NCBI GenBank assembly: GCA_965205215.1
Contig: OZ242041.1
Coordinates: 1,088,001 to 1,152,000 of the forward strand
Reading direction: 5' to 3'
Origin: Nitrosopumilus sp.
GTDB lineage: Archaea; Thermoproteota; Nitrososphaeria; Nitrososphaerales; Nitrosopumilaceae
DNA: 64,000 bases
Position numbers and translations under genes: made by a program
The notes under the pieces: model-generated
The model's input: only the letters and a program-made list of their open reading frames with translations
What the model was told of the DNA's origin: nothing
Database searches by the model: none
Part shown: positions 20,436-31,062 of the stretch, one piece after another
Layout of the letters: every line of letters begins with the position of its first letter
How positions within the stretch are numbered: the stretch's first letter is position 1

Positions 20436-20668
20436 GGGGAGAGCGCCCCTTGGACAGGGTGAGGCGGGGATCATTGATGGCAGGCGCGTCCTGACTGCCC
20501 GTCAGTGGATCCGAGTCCTCTATGATTTCCAGAGGTAGTTCGGGGGCGTCCCTGTCGTGCTTTGCATTGCTCATGCGCTTCTTACGTCTGCCTGCAATTT
20601 AAGAGTTTGAGAGTCGATGGCTAGAAGGATCGGAGAACACGCCATCTTGAACGCAAGCTAGGGAGCTA

Positions 20669-21070
20669 GTGGATACGATGACTCAAGCACAAATGGTAAC
20701 GTATAATCAGGACGGTTCGCGCGCAGCTAACATGTCAAGACGGCGGCACAAGACCGCCGGCTTTGCACAAGTGCTGGAGGGGCTGCGCAAGACGGCAGGC
20801 AGCAACGGCGCCACGAAGGGCAGACTGTTTGAGAGGCTGATCCAGTCGTTCCTGCAGGAGTATGACCTGTACCGCAGGAGGTTCCGCCAAGTGTGGCTGT
20901 GGGACGAGTACCCCGACAGGGACGGCAGGACGGACTTTGGCGTTGTTCTGGTGGCAGAGGAACACGACGGTATGAGGTGCGCCATACAGTGCAAGTTCTA
21001 TGCAAAAAAGACGCTAGCAAAGTCTGACATTGACAGCTTTTTGGAGGCCGCATCAAGAAGCGGGATCTAA
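20669..21070 (+). pseudogene. N-terminal Mrr-like nuclease fragment of a type ISP-like restriction-modification/helicase enzyme
   Basis: KGRLFE.L...VWLW.EYP...D.G..LVA.....AIQCKFY....L.KSDIDSFL matches LlaGI/LlaBIII-type N-termini; canonical GIDLV reads GVVLV; ends abruptly at a copy of the island-end sequence. Confidence 0.75.
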
Positions 21071-21089
21071 TGTGTACATGTAGGGAAAA
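21062..21089. repeat. Second copy of the island left-end (att arm) sequence
   Basis: GGGATCTAATGTGTACATGTAGGGAAAA vs 19546-19573 GGGATCTAAAGTGTACATGTAGGGAAAA (27/28 identical). Confidence 0.88.
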
Positions 21090-21245
21090 TGTGGCATCTG
21101 ATCGCATGACGTCAAAATTTGAGGCGGCCGGCATCCTGATCGCTAAGGCTTAGTGGTGGCGGTAGTGCGACCATGTCGAGGTATCGAGTGGTACTGCTGC
21201 AAATTCGGTTGCTAGGCGTGTGTCGAGGGCGGACTGGGGCATCTG

Positions 21246-21440
21246 TCAGGGCTTCTGCTTGCGCAGGCGCCGCCACTCGTCGACAGCCTGTTTGGCCTTC
21301 TCCACGGGGCGCACGCCGCCGAACGAGTACGGCCCACATGCCATGTCCCTGCAGAGCTCGTCCTCCTGCGCGTTGATCGCCTTGCCGGTTCTGTACAGGT
21401 TGCCGAGCATCTCCATTATCTCGTATTGGCTCTGCGTCAT
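21246..21440 (-). CDS. Small hypothetical protein (MTQSQYEIMEMLG...)
   Basis: 64-aa ORF with GC3-biased codons; no recognised family. Confidence 0.45.
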   Translation of the reverse strand: MTQSQYEIMEMLGNLYRTGKAINAQEDELCRDMACGPYSFGGVRPVEKAKQAVDEWRRLRKQKP

Positions 21441-21714
21441 TGTTGCCCAACCACGCACCACTTGAACGCCGGCGTGCCCTCCGGTATGCCGGGCGGCATG
21501 GTCCGAGTTCCATCAAAGTCTGGGCTTCACGGCTGGGCAGGGGACCCTGCAGGCAGGATCGATACGGTGATCGCGCTGCTGGGCGCCCAGGCCGGGGGAT
21601 CGCGGGTTGCTACCCATTCTGCAGTCCCACGGCAGCCACCTACCCTTTGACGTATGGGTGGCGGCAGTGCCCATCTCCCGAACCCGCAACGGGACCAAAT
21701 TTTACACTATTTTG

Positions 21715-21876
21715 CCGGCATAAGGATCATTATACCGCATAGTTACAGGGTCACGTGCCGCAATACTTATTTAAGATTTCCAATGGCGGGATTTTCCCGC
21801 GCGTTATGCCGGCAAGTTTTCCGGCATAACGATCCAAATATTTGCAAAAATGCCGAAAACTTCCGGCATAATGATC
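21715..21876. promoter_or_regulatory. CCGGCATAAnGATC direct repeats plus 11-bp inverted repeat in an AT-rich patch
   Basis: Copies at 21715, 21821, 21863; CGTTATGCCGG(21802)-8 nt-CCGGCATAACG(21831). Confidence 0.5.
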
Positions 21877-22130
21877 CTTATACAGGCAATATACGGCGCA
21901 CAAGGGGCCCTGACGGGGGGAGGGCGCCCTATGCACCTCGGATCTCGCACTGTGGGACGCCCGGGTTCCCGACGATCGCCCCTTCGGGGGCCGTAGGCGT
22001 CGCGCCCGCGGTGGACGTGGATGCCGCCGGGAACGCCAGTCGGCACGCCCGGCTCCTCAGCGGCGGCCTCCGCCCCCCCCGGGGGGGGGGGGGGTGGCGT
22101 CCGGCCCCTGGAGCGGTAGGTGCGCCTGAT

Positions 22131-22742
<612 letters not shown>

Positions 22743-22743
22743 T

Positions 22744-25700
22744 GTGAGGCTCCGCACGGCAGCAGCCTGCCTGGCATGCGTCCTTGCCGCCGCGGCCGTT
22801 GCGTGGGGGGTCCCGCCCGGTACCCTCGCAGAGCCCGCCTTTGCGCAGCCGGGAGAGCTGACCATCATCCGGCCGGTGGGCCACATCTCCGACAACAGCA
22901 CCCTCCTGCTTGACCGTTCCTACGACATCGCCGCCTTCGAGCACGGCGGCCATGCGTACGCCGCGGTCACCGCGTTCCGCGACCACGGCCTCCAGATAGT
23001 CAGCCTCGCAGACCCCCACAGCCCGCGGGCGGCGGGCCAGCTTAACGACACGGAATCCACCCTGCTTAAAACACCCTTCGCCGTCGCCGCCTTCGAGCAC
23101 GGCGGCCACGCGTACGCCGCGGTCATCTCGTCCCCGTCTTCAGGCGAGCGCGGCCTCCAGGTAATCAGCCTCGCAGACCCCGACAACCCGCGGGCGGCGG
23201 GCCGGCTCAACGACACCGGGGACACCCTGCTCCGCGACGCCCTGGACATGGCCACCTTTGAGCACAACGGCGCCACGTACGCGGCAGTCGCCTCGTTTGG
23301 CGAGCACGGCGTCCAGATTGTGGACCTGTCGGACCCCGCAGACCCGCGGGCGGCGGGCCGGATCGGCGACGACGACGGCGCCCTCGAGCTCAGGGGCGCC
23401 ACGGCCATTGCCACATTCGAGCACAACGGCGCCACGTACGCGGCCGTCGCCTCGCAGGACGACGACGGCGTCCAGATAATCAACATGTCAAACCCCGCAG
23501 ACCCGCGGGCGGCGGGCCGGATCGGCGACGGCGACGGCGGAGCCTATCTCAGCGGCGCCGCCGGCATCGCCACGTTCGGGCACGGCAACCGCACGTACGC
23601 GGCCGTCACCGCGGCCGACGACGCCGCCGTCCAGCTGATAGATTTGTCGGATCCGCAGAACCCGCGGGCGGCGGGCAGCATAATCGACGGGGACTTTGGG
23701 GACTCGGAGGAGCACCACGTCCTTCTTGAGGGCGCCGCGGCCATCGCCACCTTCGAGGCCGGCGGCCATACGTACGCGGCAGTCACCTCGACCGCCGAGC
23801 CCGGCGTCCAGTTCGTCGACCTGTCCGACCCCGCAGACCCGCGGGCGGCGGGCCGCATACGGGACACCGGCTCCACCCTGCTCTTCGGCGCCATCAGCAT
23901 CGCCGTCTTCGAGGCCGGGACCGCCACGTACGCGGCCTTCGCCTCGGCCGAGGAAGACGGCGTCCAGGTGATCCTGCTTGACGGCGGCAACCGCACCTAC
24001 GCCGACGCCGGGCCCGACCTGGAGGCGTCCGCTGGCGGCACGGTCGCGCTCGACGGCTCCGGCTCGACGGGCCGCGATATAGACTACTCCTGGGAGCAGA
24101 CCGGGGGCACCCCGGCCGTCCCGCTTGCGGGCGCCGGCACGCCGTCACCCTCCTTTGAGGCGCCCGGCGAGTCCGCCGTCCTCAGGTTCACCCTCACCGT
24201 CACGGACGGGGCGAACCGGACGGACACGGACACCGTCACAGTGAGGGTGCACGCGGCCACGCGGGCGGACGCCGGACCCGACCTGTACGTGGAGCCCGGC
24301 GCCACGGTCGCGCTCGACGGCTCGAACTCGGCGGGCCGCGGCATCGACTACTCCTGGGAGCAGACCGCGGGCACCCCGGCCGTACCGCTCTCGGGCGCCG
24401 CCACGCCGTCACCCTCCTTTGAGGCGCCCGGCGCGGCGGCCACCCTCGAGTTCACCCTCACCGTCACGGACGCGTCATCCCAAAGCGACACGGACGCCGT
24501 CACCGTCTTCGTCCGCACGCCACAGGGCCAGGCCTTTGGGCCGGCGGGCCACTACGTCACTTTCGATGACGACGGCGACCCGATCCGCGTCGCCGACCTC
24601 GCCGTCTTTGAGGTGTCAGGCAGCCCCTACGCCGTGGCCGCCATACCACTTGGTAGTTCCCTCCAGATAGTCGACCTCTCCAACCCCGCAAGCCCGCGGG
24701 CGGCGGGCCAGATACGGGACACCGGCTCCACCCTGCTTGGCGCCGCCGCAGCCGTCGCCACCTTCGAGGCCGGGTCGGGCGCCGCCACCCGGCCCTACGC
24801 CGTGGCATCCTCGTCTGCCGATAGAGGCCTCCAGATAGTCGACCTCTCCAACCCCGCAAGCCCGCGGGCGGCGGGCCAGATACGGGACACCAACTCCACC
24901 CTGCTTGGCGGCCACCGTGCCATCGCCACCTTCGAGGTGTCGGGATCCCCCTTCGCCGTGGCATTATCGTCCTCCTCATCAGGGGAGCTAGGCCTCCAGA
25001 TAGTCAACCTCACAGACCCGCAGAAACCGCGGGCGGCAGGCCAGCTTTCAGCCGACGACAGCCTCATCCTGCAGACTAGACTAGACGACGTCACCACCTT
25101 CGAGCTGGACGGCGCCCCCTTCGCCGCGGTCACCTCGCTACGTACAGACGGCATGGTCCTGATGATCAACCTTACAGACCCCTACAGCCCGCGGATGGCG
25201 GGCCAGCTGCGCGACACGGGCTCCACCCTGCTTGAGGGCGCCACCGCCATCGCCGCCTTCGAGCACGGCGGCACCGTATACGCGGCCGCCGCCTCGTCCG
25301 ACGACGACGGCGTCCAGCTGATCAACATGTCAAACCCCGCAGACCCGCGGGCGGCGGGCCAGATACGGGACACCGGCTCCACAAGTCTTGGGGCTCCAGA
25401 AGACATCGCCATCTTCGAGCTGGACGGCGCCCCCTACGCCGCCGTCATCTCGAAAGACGAGCACGCCGTCCAGACAATCGACCTGTCCGACCCGCAGCGC
25501 CCCATACCGCTAGACCGCCTTGCCGACGACGGCTCCACCCTGCTTTTACTCCCCGAAAACATAGCCACCTTTACGGTCGATACCGCCACCTACGCCGCGG
25601 TCACCTCGGGTATAGAGGGCGGAGTCCAGATAGTCCGGCTTGACGCGGGCGGCAAGGGCATAGCCGTCGCGGGGCCCGACCAGACGGTCACATCAGGCCA

Positions 25701-28700
25701 GACGGTCACCCTCGACGGCACGGGCTCCGCCGGAGACGGCATAACCTACAACTGGAACCAGGTATCGGGCCCCGACTCAGGGGTCGATCGCCGCGGTTCC
25801 GCGCGAACCACCTTTGCCGCCCCGGAGGGCCCCGCGACCCTCGTGTTCGAGCTTACCGTATCTGGGAGGGGGCAGAATGTCGATGATGACGATATCGATC
25901 CTGAGCGGGTGGACACCGTCACGGTCACAGTCCTGGCGCCCGCCAAGGCCGACGCGGGGCCCGACCTGGACGTGCTCCCGGGCGACACGGTAACCCTCGA
26001 CGGCTCAAACTCGACGGGCGACGGCCTCACCTTTTCCTGGGAGCAGACGGGCGGCGGCGCAGACGTCGTCCTGAACCCTGTAAGGCTCGCGCCGGCGGGC
26101 GGCCTGCCGTCTGATGACCCCGACCACGCGGCCGCCCCAGCTGACCCGTCCGACATCGCCATCTACGCGCCGACGTCGGCGTCCGCCGCCGGCCGCACAC
26201 ACGCCGTGGTCCCCTCGTTCTCCGGCGACGCCGTCCACGTGATCGACCTGTCGGACCCCGCCGCGCCCGCAGCCACCGACTTGATCGACGCCAAGAGCGG
26301 CATCCTGCTCAACGGCGCCACGGACGTCGCCGTCTTCCACATAGACGGCCACCCCTACGCCGCCGTCGCCTCGTTCTTTGACAACGCCGTCCAGATACTC
26401 TACATCAGCGATCCCGACAGCATAACACACGGGGGCAACATACGAGACGGCACGTCCCTCAAGCTTGAGGGCGCCAGCGGCATCGCCACCTTCGAGGCCG
26501 GCGGCCTCCCCTACGCCGCCGTCGCCTCGTCCATAGACAACGGCGTCCAGCTGATAGACCTGACCAGTCCCGAGGGCCCAGCGGCGGAGGGCAGTATCGC
26601 CGACACGGGCTCCACCCTGCTTGAGGGCGCCACCGCCATCGCCACCTTCGAGCACGGCGGCCGTACGTACGCCGCCGTCGCCTCGTACATAGACAACGGC
26701 GTCCAGCTGATAGACGTGTCCGACCCCTCAAGACCGCGGGCGGCGGGCCATCTTGCCGACGGCGGCTCCACCCTGCTCGGCGGCGCCAGCGGCATCGCCA
26801 CCTTTGACATATCGGGTACCGCATACGCCGCCGTCGCCTCGTACATAGACAACGGCGTCCAGCTGGTAGACGTGTCCGACCCCGGAAACCCGCGGGCGGC
26901 GGGCCGGCTCGCCGACAACGGCACCCTCCTGCTCGACGGCGCCAGCGACATAGCCGTCTTCGAGGCCGGCGGCCGCACCTACGCCGCCGTCGCCTCGTCC
27001 GAGGACGACGGCGTCCAGATGATCGACCTTACGGACCCCCAGAACCCGAGGCCGGTGCGCGGCCTTCCCAACGCGGGGTCACTCCTGCTTGACGTCGCGA
27101 GAAACATAGCGGTCTTCGGCGCGGGGACGGGCACCTACGCGGCCGTCGCCTCGCCGGACGGCGTCCAGATCATCGACGTCCTGGATTTTGCCGCCCCCTA
27201 CTTCACCGCCCCCGCCACCCCGGGCACCCTGAACTTTACGCTCACCGTGACGGATCCGCTGTCCCAGACGGACGAGGACGCGGTGACCGTAACGGTATTC
27301 GAGCCCCCGCGGGCCGACGCCGGCACGGACAGGCTGGTCGCCCCGGGTGACACCGTCGCGCTGGACGGCTCGAACTCCACGGGGGGCGGCCGCCTCTCCT
27401 TTTCGTGGGAGCAGACCGGCGGCGGCTCGGACGTCGACCTGGACCTTGAGACCCTCCTTGCGGCGGGCCGCGTACCGGACGGCCGCACCCTCGAGCTTGA
27501 CGGCGCCCGCGCCGTCGACATATTCAGGGCCGGGTCGGGCGGTGACGCCCGCACGTACGCCGCCGTCGCCTCGTTCAACGACGACGGCGTCCAGCTCCTA
27601 GACATTACGGACCCCGCAGACCCGCGGCCGGCCGGCCGCGTACCGGACGGCGCCTCCACCCAGCTCAACGGCGCCCGCGGCATAACAGCCTTCGAGCGCG
27701 GCGGCCACACGTACGCGGCAGTCACCTCGCTGTATAGCGACGGCCTCCAGATAGTCAACATGTCCGACCCCGACGACCCGCGGGGTGTGGGCCGCCTCCG
27801 AGACACGGGCGCCACCCTGCTTGACGACCCCTACGGCGTCGCCACATTCGAGCGCGGCGGCCGCACGTACGCCGCGGTCGCCTCCCAGTTCGCAGACGGC
27901 GTCCAGATAGTCGATTTGTCCGACCCCTCAAGACCGCGGGCGGCGGGCCAGATAGAAGACGACGCCTCCACCCTGCTCGACGGCGCCAGCGGCATCGCCG
28001 CCTTCGAGCGCGGCGGCCGCACGTACGCGGCCGTCACCTCGTTGCATAATGCCGGCCTCCAGCTGATAGACGTGTCCGATCCCTCAGACCCGCGGGCGGC
28101 GGGCCAGATACGGGACAACAGCACCCTCCTGCTCGCCGGCGCGTACGGCATCGCTACCTTCGACATATCGGGCACCACCTACGCCGCCGCCGCCTCGTTC
28201 TCTGACAACGGCGTCCAGCTCATAGACGTGTCGGATCCCTCAGACCCGCGGGCGGCGGGCCACATACGGGACGGCGGCACCCTAGAGCTCAGGGGCGCCC
28301 AGGACATCACCGTCTTCGAGCACGGCGGCCGCACGTACGCGGCCGTCGCCTCGTTCCACGACGACGGCGTCCAGCTCATAGACGTGTCAGACCCCGCAGA
28401 CCCGCGGGCGGCGGGCCGGATAAAGGACGCCGGCCCCACCCTGCTTGACGGCGCCGCCGGCATCGCCGCCTTCGAGCACGGCGGCACCGTATACGCGGCC
28501 GTCGCCTCGGAACGCGACGACGGCGTCCAGCTGGTTCCGCTCTTCTCCCCGGCCGCCGCCCATTTCACCGCCCCGGAGCCAGGGCCGGAGGTCCTCGAGT
28601 TTACGCTTACCGTCACCGACTCGGTATCACAGGAGGACGCCGACACGGTGGCCATAACAGTCCAGGCCCCCCCGACGGCCGACGCCGGCGCCGACCGGCT

Positions 28701-31062
28701 GGCGGGCCCGGGCCAGACGGTGGTCTTGGACGCGTCCGGCTCGGAGGGCACCGGCATCACCCACTCGTGGGAGCAGACGGGGGGCGAAGCCGGCGTGACG
28801 CTGGGTTTGGGCCCCCCCGAGCCGGCGGGCCGGCTCGCCGGTCTGGGCCCCCACACGATCGACGGCGCGTACGAGGCCGCCCTCTTCGAGCATAACGGCG
28901 CCACGTACGCCGCCGCCACCGCGTCGTACGGCGACGCAGTCTGGATCGCCGACCTCTCCGACCCCGACAGCCCGCGGGCCGCCGGCCTCCTGGCAGACAA
29001 CAGCACACTCCTGCTTGACAACGCCCGCGGCATCGCCGCCTTCGAGCACAACGGTACAACGTACGCCGCCGTCGCCTCACGCACAGACCACGGCGTCCAG
29101 CTGATAGACCTCTCAAACCCCTCAGACCCGCGGGCGGCGGGCCGTATCGCCGACAACGGCACCCTCCTGCTCTACGGCGCGTTTGACATCGCCCTCTTCG
29201 AGCATAACGGCGACACCTACGCCGCCGTCGCCTCACGCGTAGACTACGGCGTCCAGCTGATAGACCTCTCCGACCCCTACCATCCGCGGGCGGCGGGCCA
29301 CATACGCGACACGGACTCCACACTGCTCCGCGGCGCGTGGGGCATCGCCACCTTCCACATATCGGGCGCCCCCTACGCCGCCGTCACCTCAGAATTTGAC
29401 CACGGCGTCCAGCTGATAGACCTCTCCGACCCCGACAGCCCGCGGACGGCGGGCCGGATAGGGGACAACGGCACCCTCCTGCTCCACGGCGCGTTTGATG
29501 TAGCCCCCTTCGAGCACGGCGGCGCCACGTACGCCGCGGTCACCACGTTCAACGAAGGCGGCGTCCAGCTGATAGACCTCTCCGACCCCGACAGCCCGCG
29601 GGCGGCGGGCCAGATACGGGACAGCGGCTCCACCCTGCTTGACACACCCAACGGCATCGCCGTCTTCGGGCATGGCGGCCGCACCTACGCCGCGGTGGCC
29701 GAATTTGACGGCCACGGCGTCCAGCTGATAGACCTCTCCGACCCCGACAACCCGCGGGCGGCGGGCCAGATACGGGACAGCGGCTCCACCCTGCTCCGCG
29801 GCGCCCAGGGCGTCGCCACATTCGAGTCCGGCGGCGCCACGCACCTCGTCGTCACCGGGTTTCATGACGATGCCGTCCAGCTCCTCCGCATCCCGGGCAC
29901 GGCGTTCACCGCCCCGGGCTCCCCCGGCCCCCTCGAGTTTACGCTCACCGTGACGGACTCGCAGAACCAGACGGACACCGACACGGTGACAGTGACGGTC
30001 CCGCACCCGCCGACGGCCGACGCCGGGGGGGACCGGACGGCCGCCCCGGGCCAGACGGTCACGCTGGACGGCTCGAAATCCGCGGGGACGGGCCTCGCCT
30101 ACTCATGGAACCAGACGGGGGGCGCCCCGGTGGCCCTGGAGACCGTCCGCCCCCGGACGGCGGGCGGCCTGCAGGGCGGCGACTTTTCGGCGAGATTCGG
30201 CAACAGCTACGTCGACACCTTCGAGGCGTCCGGCTCCACGTACGGCGCGGTCGCCTCGGCCTTCGGCGAGGGCGTCCAGCTGATAGACCTGTCCGACCCG
30301 CACAACCTGACGGCCGCGGGCCGCCTGATGGACGGGGACGCCCCCGCCGGCGAGCTCCTGCTTACAGGGACGTACGGCCTGGACGTGTTCGAGGCCCGCG
30401 CCCCGGGCGCCGCCGCTAAAACCTACGCGGCCGTCGCCTCGGAGCGCGAGGACGGCGTCCAGCTCATCGATTTGTCCGACCCCGACAACCCGAGGGCGGC
30501 GGGCCGGATCGGGGACAACAGCACGCTCGAGCTCGACGGCGCCCGCAGCGTCGCCGCCTTTTACATATCGGGCGCGGCGTACGTCGCCGTCGCCTCGCCT
30601 AACGACGACGGCCTCCAGCTCATAGACATGTCGGATCCCGGTAGCCCGCGGGCGGCGGGCCGGATCGCGGACACCGAGCCTGACGGCGCGGCCGTCCCCC
30701 CCATAACGGTCAACAACGAGCTCCTGCTTGACGGCGCCAGCGGCGTCGCCGTCTTCGAGGCAGGCGGCCGCACCTACGCCGCGGTCGCCTCGTTCCACGA
30801 CGACGGCGTCCAGCTGGTAGACGTGTCGGACCCCGCAAACCCGCGGCCGGCGGGCCGCATCGGGGACACCGAGCCTGACGGCGCGGCCGTCCCCCCCATA
30901 ACGGCAGAAAGCGAGCTCCTGCTCAACGGCGCCTACGGCATCGACGTCTTCGGGGCGGGGTCCGGGGTATACGCGGCCGTCGCCTCGCAATTAGACCACG
31001 GCGTCCAGCTCATAGACGTGTCGGACCCCTCAGAACCCGAGGGCCGCCGGCATGATATCTGA
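22744..31062 (+). CDS. Giant secreted LVIVD-repeat/PKD-domain surface protein, 5' part (frameshift at ~31030)
   Basis: Signal peptide; dozens of ~48-aa repeats ATFEHGG.TYAAVAS..DDGVQLIDLSDP..PRAAG; PKD-like modules ADAG.D..V..G.TVTLDGS.S...YSWEQTGG...FTLTVTD. Confidence 0.88.
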   Translation: MRLRTAAACLACVLAAAAVAWGVPPGTLAEPAFAQPGELTIIRPVGHISDNSTLLLDRSYDIAAFEHGGHAYAAVTAFRDHGLQIVSLADPHSPRAAGQLNDTESTLLKTPFAVAAFEHGGHAYAAVISSPSSGERGLQVISLADPDNPRAAGRLNDTGDTLLRDALDMATFEHNGATYAAVASFGEHGVQIVDLSDPADPRAAGRIGDDDGALELRGATAIATFEHNGATYAAVASQDDDGVQIINMSNPADPRAAGRIGDGDGGAYLSGAAGIATFGHGNRTYAAVTAADDAAVQLIDLSDPQNPRAAGSIIDGDFGDSEEHHVLLEGAAAIATFEAGGHTYAAVTSTAEPGVQFVDLSDPADPRAAGRIRDTGSTLLFGAISIAVFEAGTATYAAFASAEEDGVQVILLDGGNRTYADAGPDLEASAGGTVALDGSGSTGRDIDYSWEQTGGTPAVPLAGAGTPSPSFEAPGESAVLRFTLTVTDGANRTDTDTVTVRVHAATRADAGPDLYVEPGATVALDGSNSAGRGIDYSWEQTAGTPAVPLSGAATPSPSFEAPGAAATLEFTLTVTDASSQSDTDAVTVFVRTPQGQAFGPAGHYVTFDDDGDPIRVADLAVFEVSGSPYAVAAIPLGSSLQIVDLSNPASPRAAGQIRDTGSTLLGAAAAVATFEAGSGAATRPYAVASSSADRGLQIVDLSNPASPRAAGQIRDTNSTLLGGHRAIATFEVSGSPFAVALSSSSSGELGLQIVNLTDPQKPRAAGQLSADDSLILQTRLDDVTTFELDGAPFAAVTSLRTDGMVLMINLTDPYSPRMAGQLRDTGSTLLEGATAIAAFEHGGTVYAAAASSDDDGVQLINMSNPADPRAAGQIRDTGSTSLGAPEDIAIFELDGAPYAAVISKDEHAVQTIDLSDPQRPIPLDRLADDGSTLLLLPENIATFTVDTATYAAVTSGIEGGVQIVRLDAGGKGIAVAGPDQTVTSGQTVTLDGTGSAGDGITYNWNQVSGPDSGVDRRGSARTTFAAPEGPATLVFELTVSGRGQNVDDDDIDPERVDTVTVTVLAPAKADAGPDLDVLPGDTVTLDGSNSTGDGLTFSWEQTGGGADVVLNPVRLAPAGGLPSDDPDHAAAPADPSDIAIYAPTSASAAGRTHAVVPSFSGDAVHVIDLSDPAAPAATDLIDAKSGILLNGATDVAVFHIDGHPYAAVASFFDNAVQILYISDPDSITHGGNIRDGTSLKLEGASGIATFEAGGLPYAAVASSIDNGVQLIDLTSPEGPAAEGSIADTGSTLLEGATAIATFEHGGRTYAAVASYIDNGVQLIDVSDPSRPRAAGHLADGGSTLLGGASGIATFDISGTAYAAVASYIDNGVQLVDVSDPGNPRAAGRLADNGTLLLDGASDIAVFEAGGRTYAAVASSEDDGVQMIDLTDPQNPRPVRGLPNAGSLLLDVARNIAVFGAGTGTYAAVASPDGVQIIDVLDFAAPYFTAPATPGTLNFTLTVTDPLSQTDEDAVTVTVFEPPRADAGTDRLVAPGDTVALDGSNSTGGGRLSFSWEQTGGGSDVDLDLETLLAAGRVPDGRTLELDGARAVDIFRAGSGGDARTYAAVASFNDDGVQLLDITDPADPRPAGRVPDGASTQLNGARGITAFERGGHTYAAVTSLYSDGLQIVNMSDPDDPRGVGRLRDTGATLLDDPYGVATFERGGRTYAAVASQFADGVQIVDLSDPSRPRAAGQIEDDASTLLDGASGIAAFERGGRTYAAVTSLHNAGLQLIDVSDPSDPRAAGQIRDNSTLLLAGAYGIATFDISGTTYAAAASFSDNGVQLIDVSDPSDPRAAGHIRDGGTLELRGAQDITVFEHGGRTYAAVASFHDDGVQLIDVSDPADPRAAGRIKDAGPTLLDGAAGIAAFEHGGTVYAAVASERDDGVQLVPLFSPAAAHFTAPEPGPEVLEFTLTVTDSVSQEDADTVAITVQAPPTADAGADRLAGPGQTVVLDASGSEGTGITHSWEQTGGEAGVTLGLGPPEPAGRLAGLGPHTIDGAYEAALFEHNGATYAAATASYGDAVWIADLSDPDSPRAAGLLADNSTLLLDNARGIAAFEHNGTTYAAVASRTDHGVQLIDLSNPSDPRAAGRIADNGTLLLYGAFDIALFEHNGDTYAAVASRVDYGVQLIDLSDPYHPRAAGHIRDTDSTLLRGAWGIATFHISGAPYAAVTSEFDHGVQLIDLSDPDSPRTAGRIGDNGTLLLHGAFDVAPFEHGGATYAAVTTFNEGGVQLIDLSDPDSPRAAGQIRDSGSTLLDTPNGIAVFGHGGRTYAAVAEFDGHGVQLIDLSDPDNPRAAGQIRDSGSTLLRGAQGVATFESGGATHLVVTGFHDDAVQLLRIPGTAFTAPGSPGPLEFTLTVTDSQNQTDTDTVTVTVPHPPTADAGGDRTAAPGQTVTLDGSKSAGTGLAYSWNQTGGAPVALETVRPRTAGGLQGGDFSARFGNSYVDTFEASGSTYGAVASAFGEGVQLIDLSDPHNLTAAGRLMDGDAPAGELLLTGTYGLDVFEARAPGAAAKTYAAVASEREDGVQLIDLSDPDNPRAAGRIGDNSTLELDGARSVAAFYISGAAYVAVASPNDDGLQLIDMSDPGSPRAAGRIADTEPDGAAVPPITVNNELLLDGASGVAVFEAGGRTYAAVASFHDDGVQLVDVSDPANPRPAGRIGDTEPDGAAVPPITAESELLLNGAYGIDVFGAGSGVYAAVASQLDHGVQLIDVSDPSEPEGRRHDI

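Noticed and set aside
21654-22130. N-terminal part of the 362-aa ORF
   Set aside because: Runs through the regulatory repeats and the C8G14 tract; protein-like sequence begins only at ATG 22131
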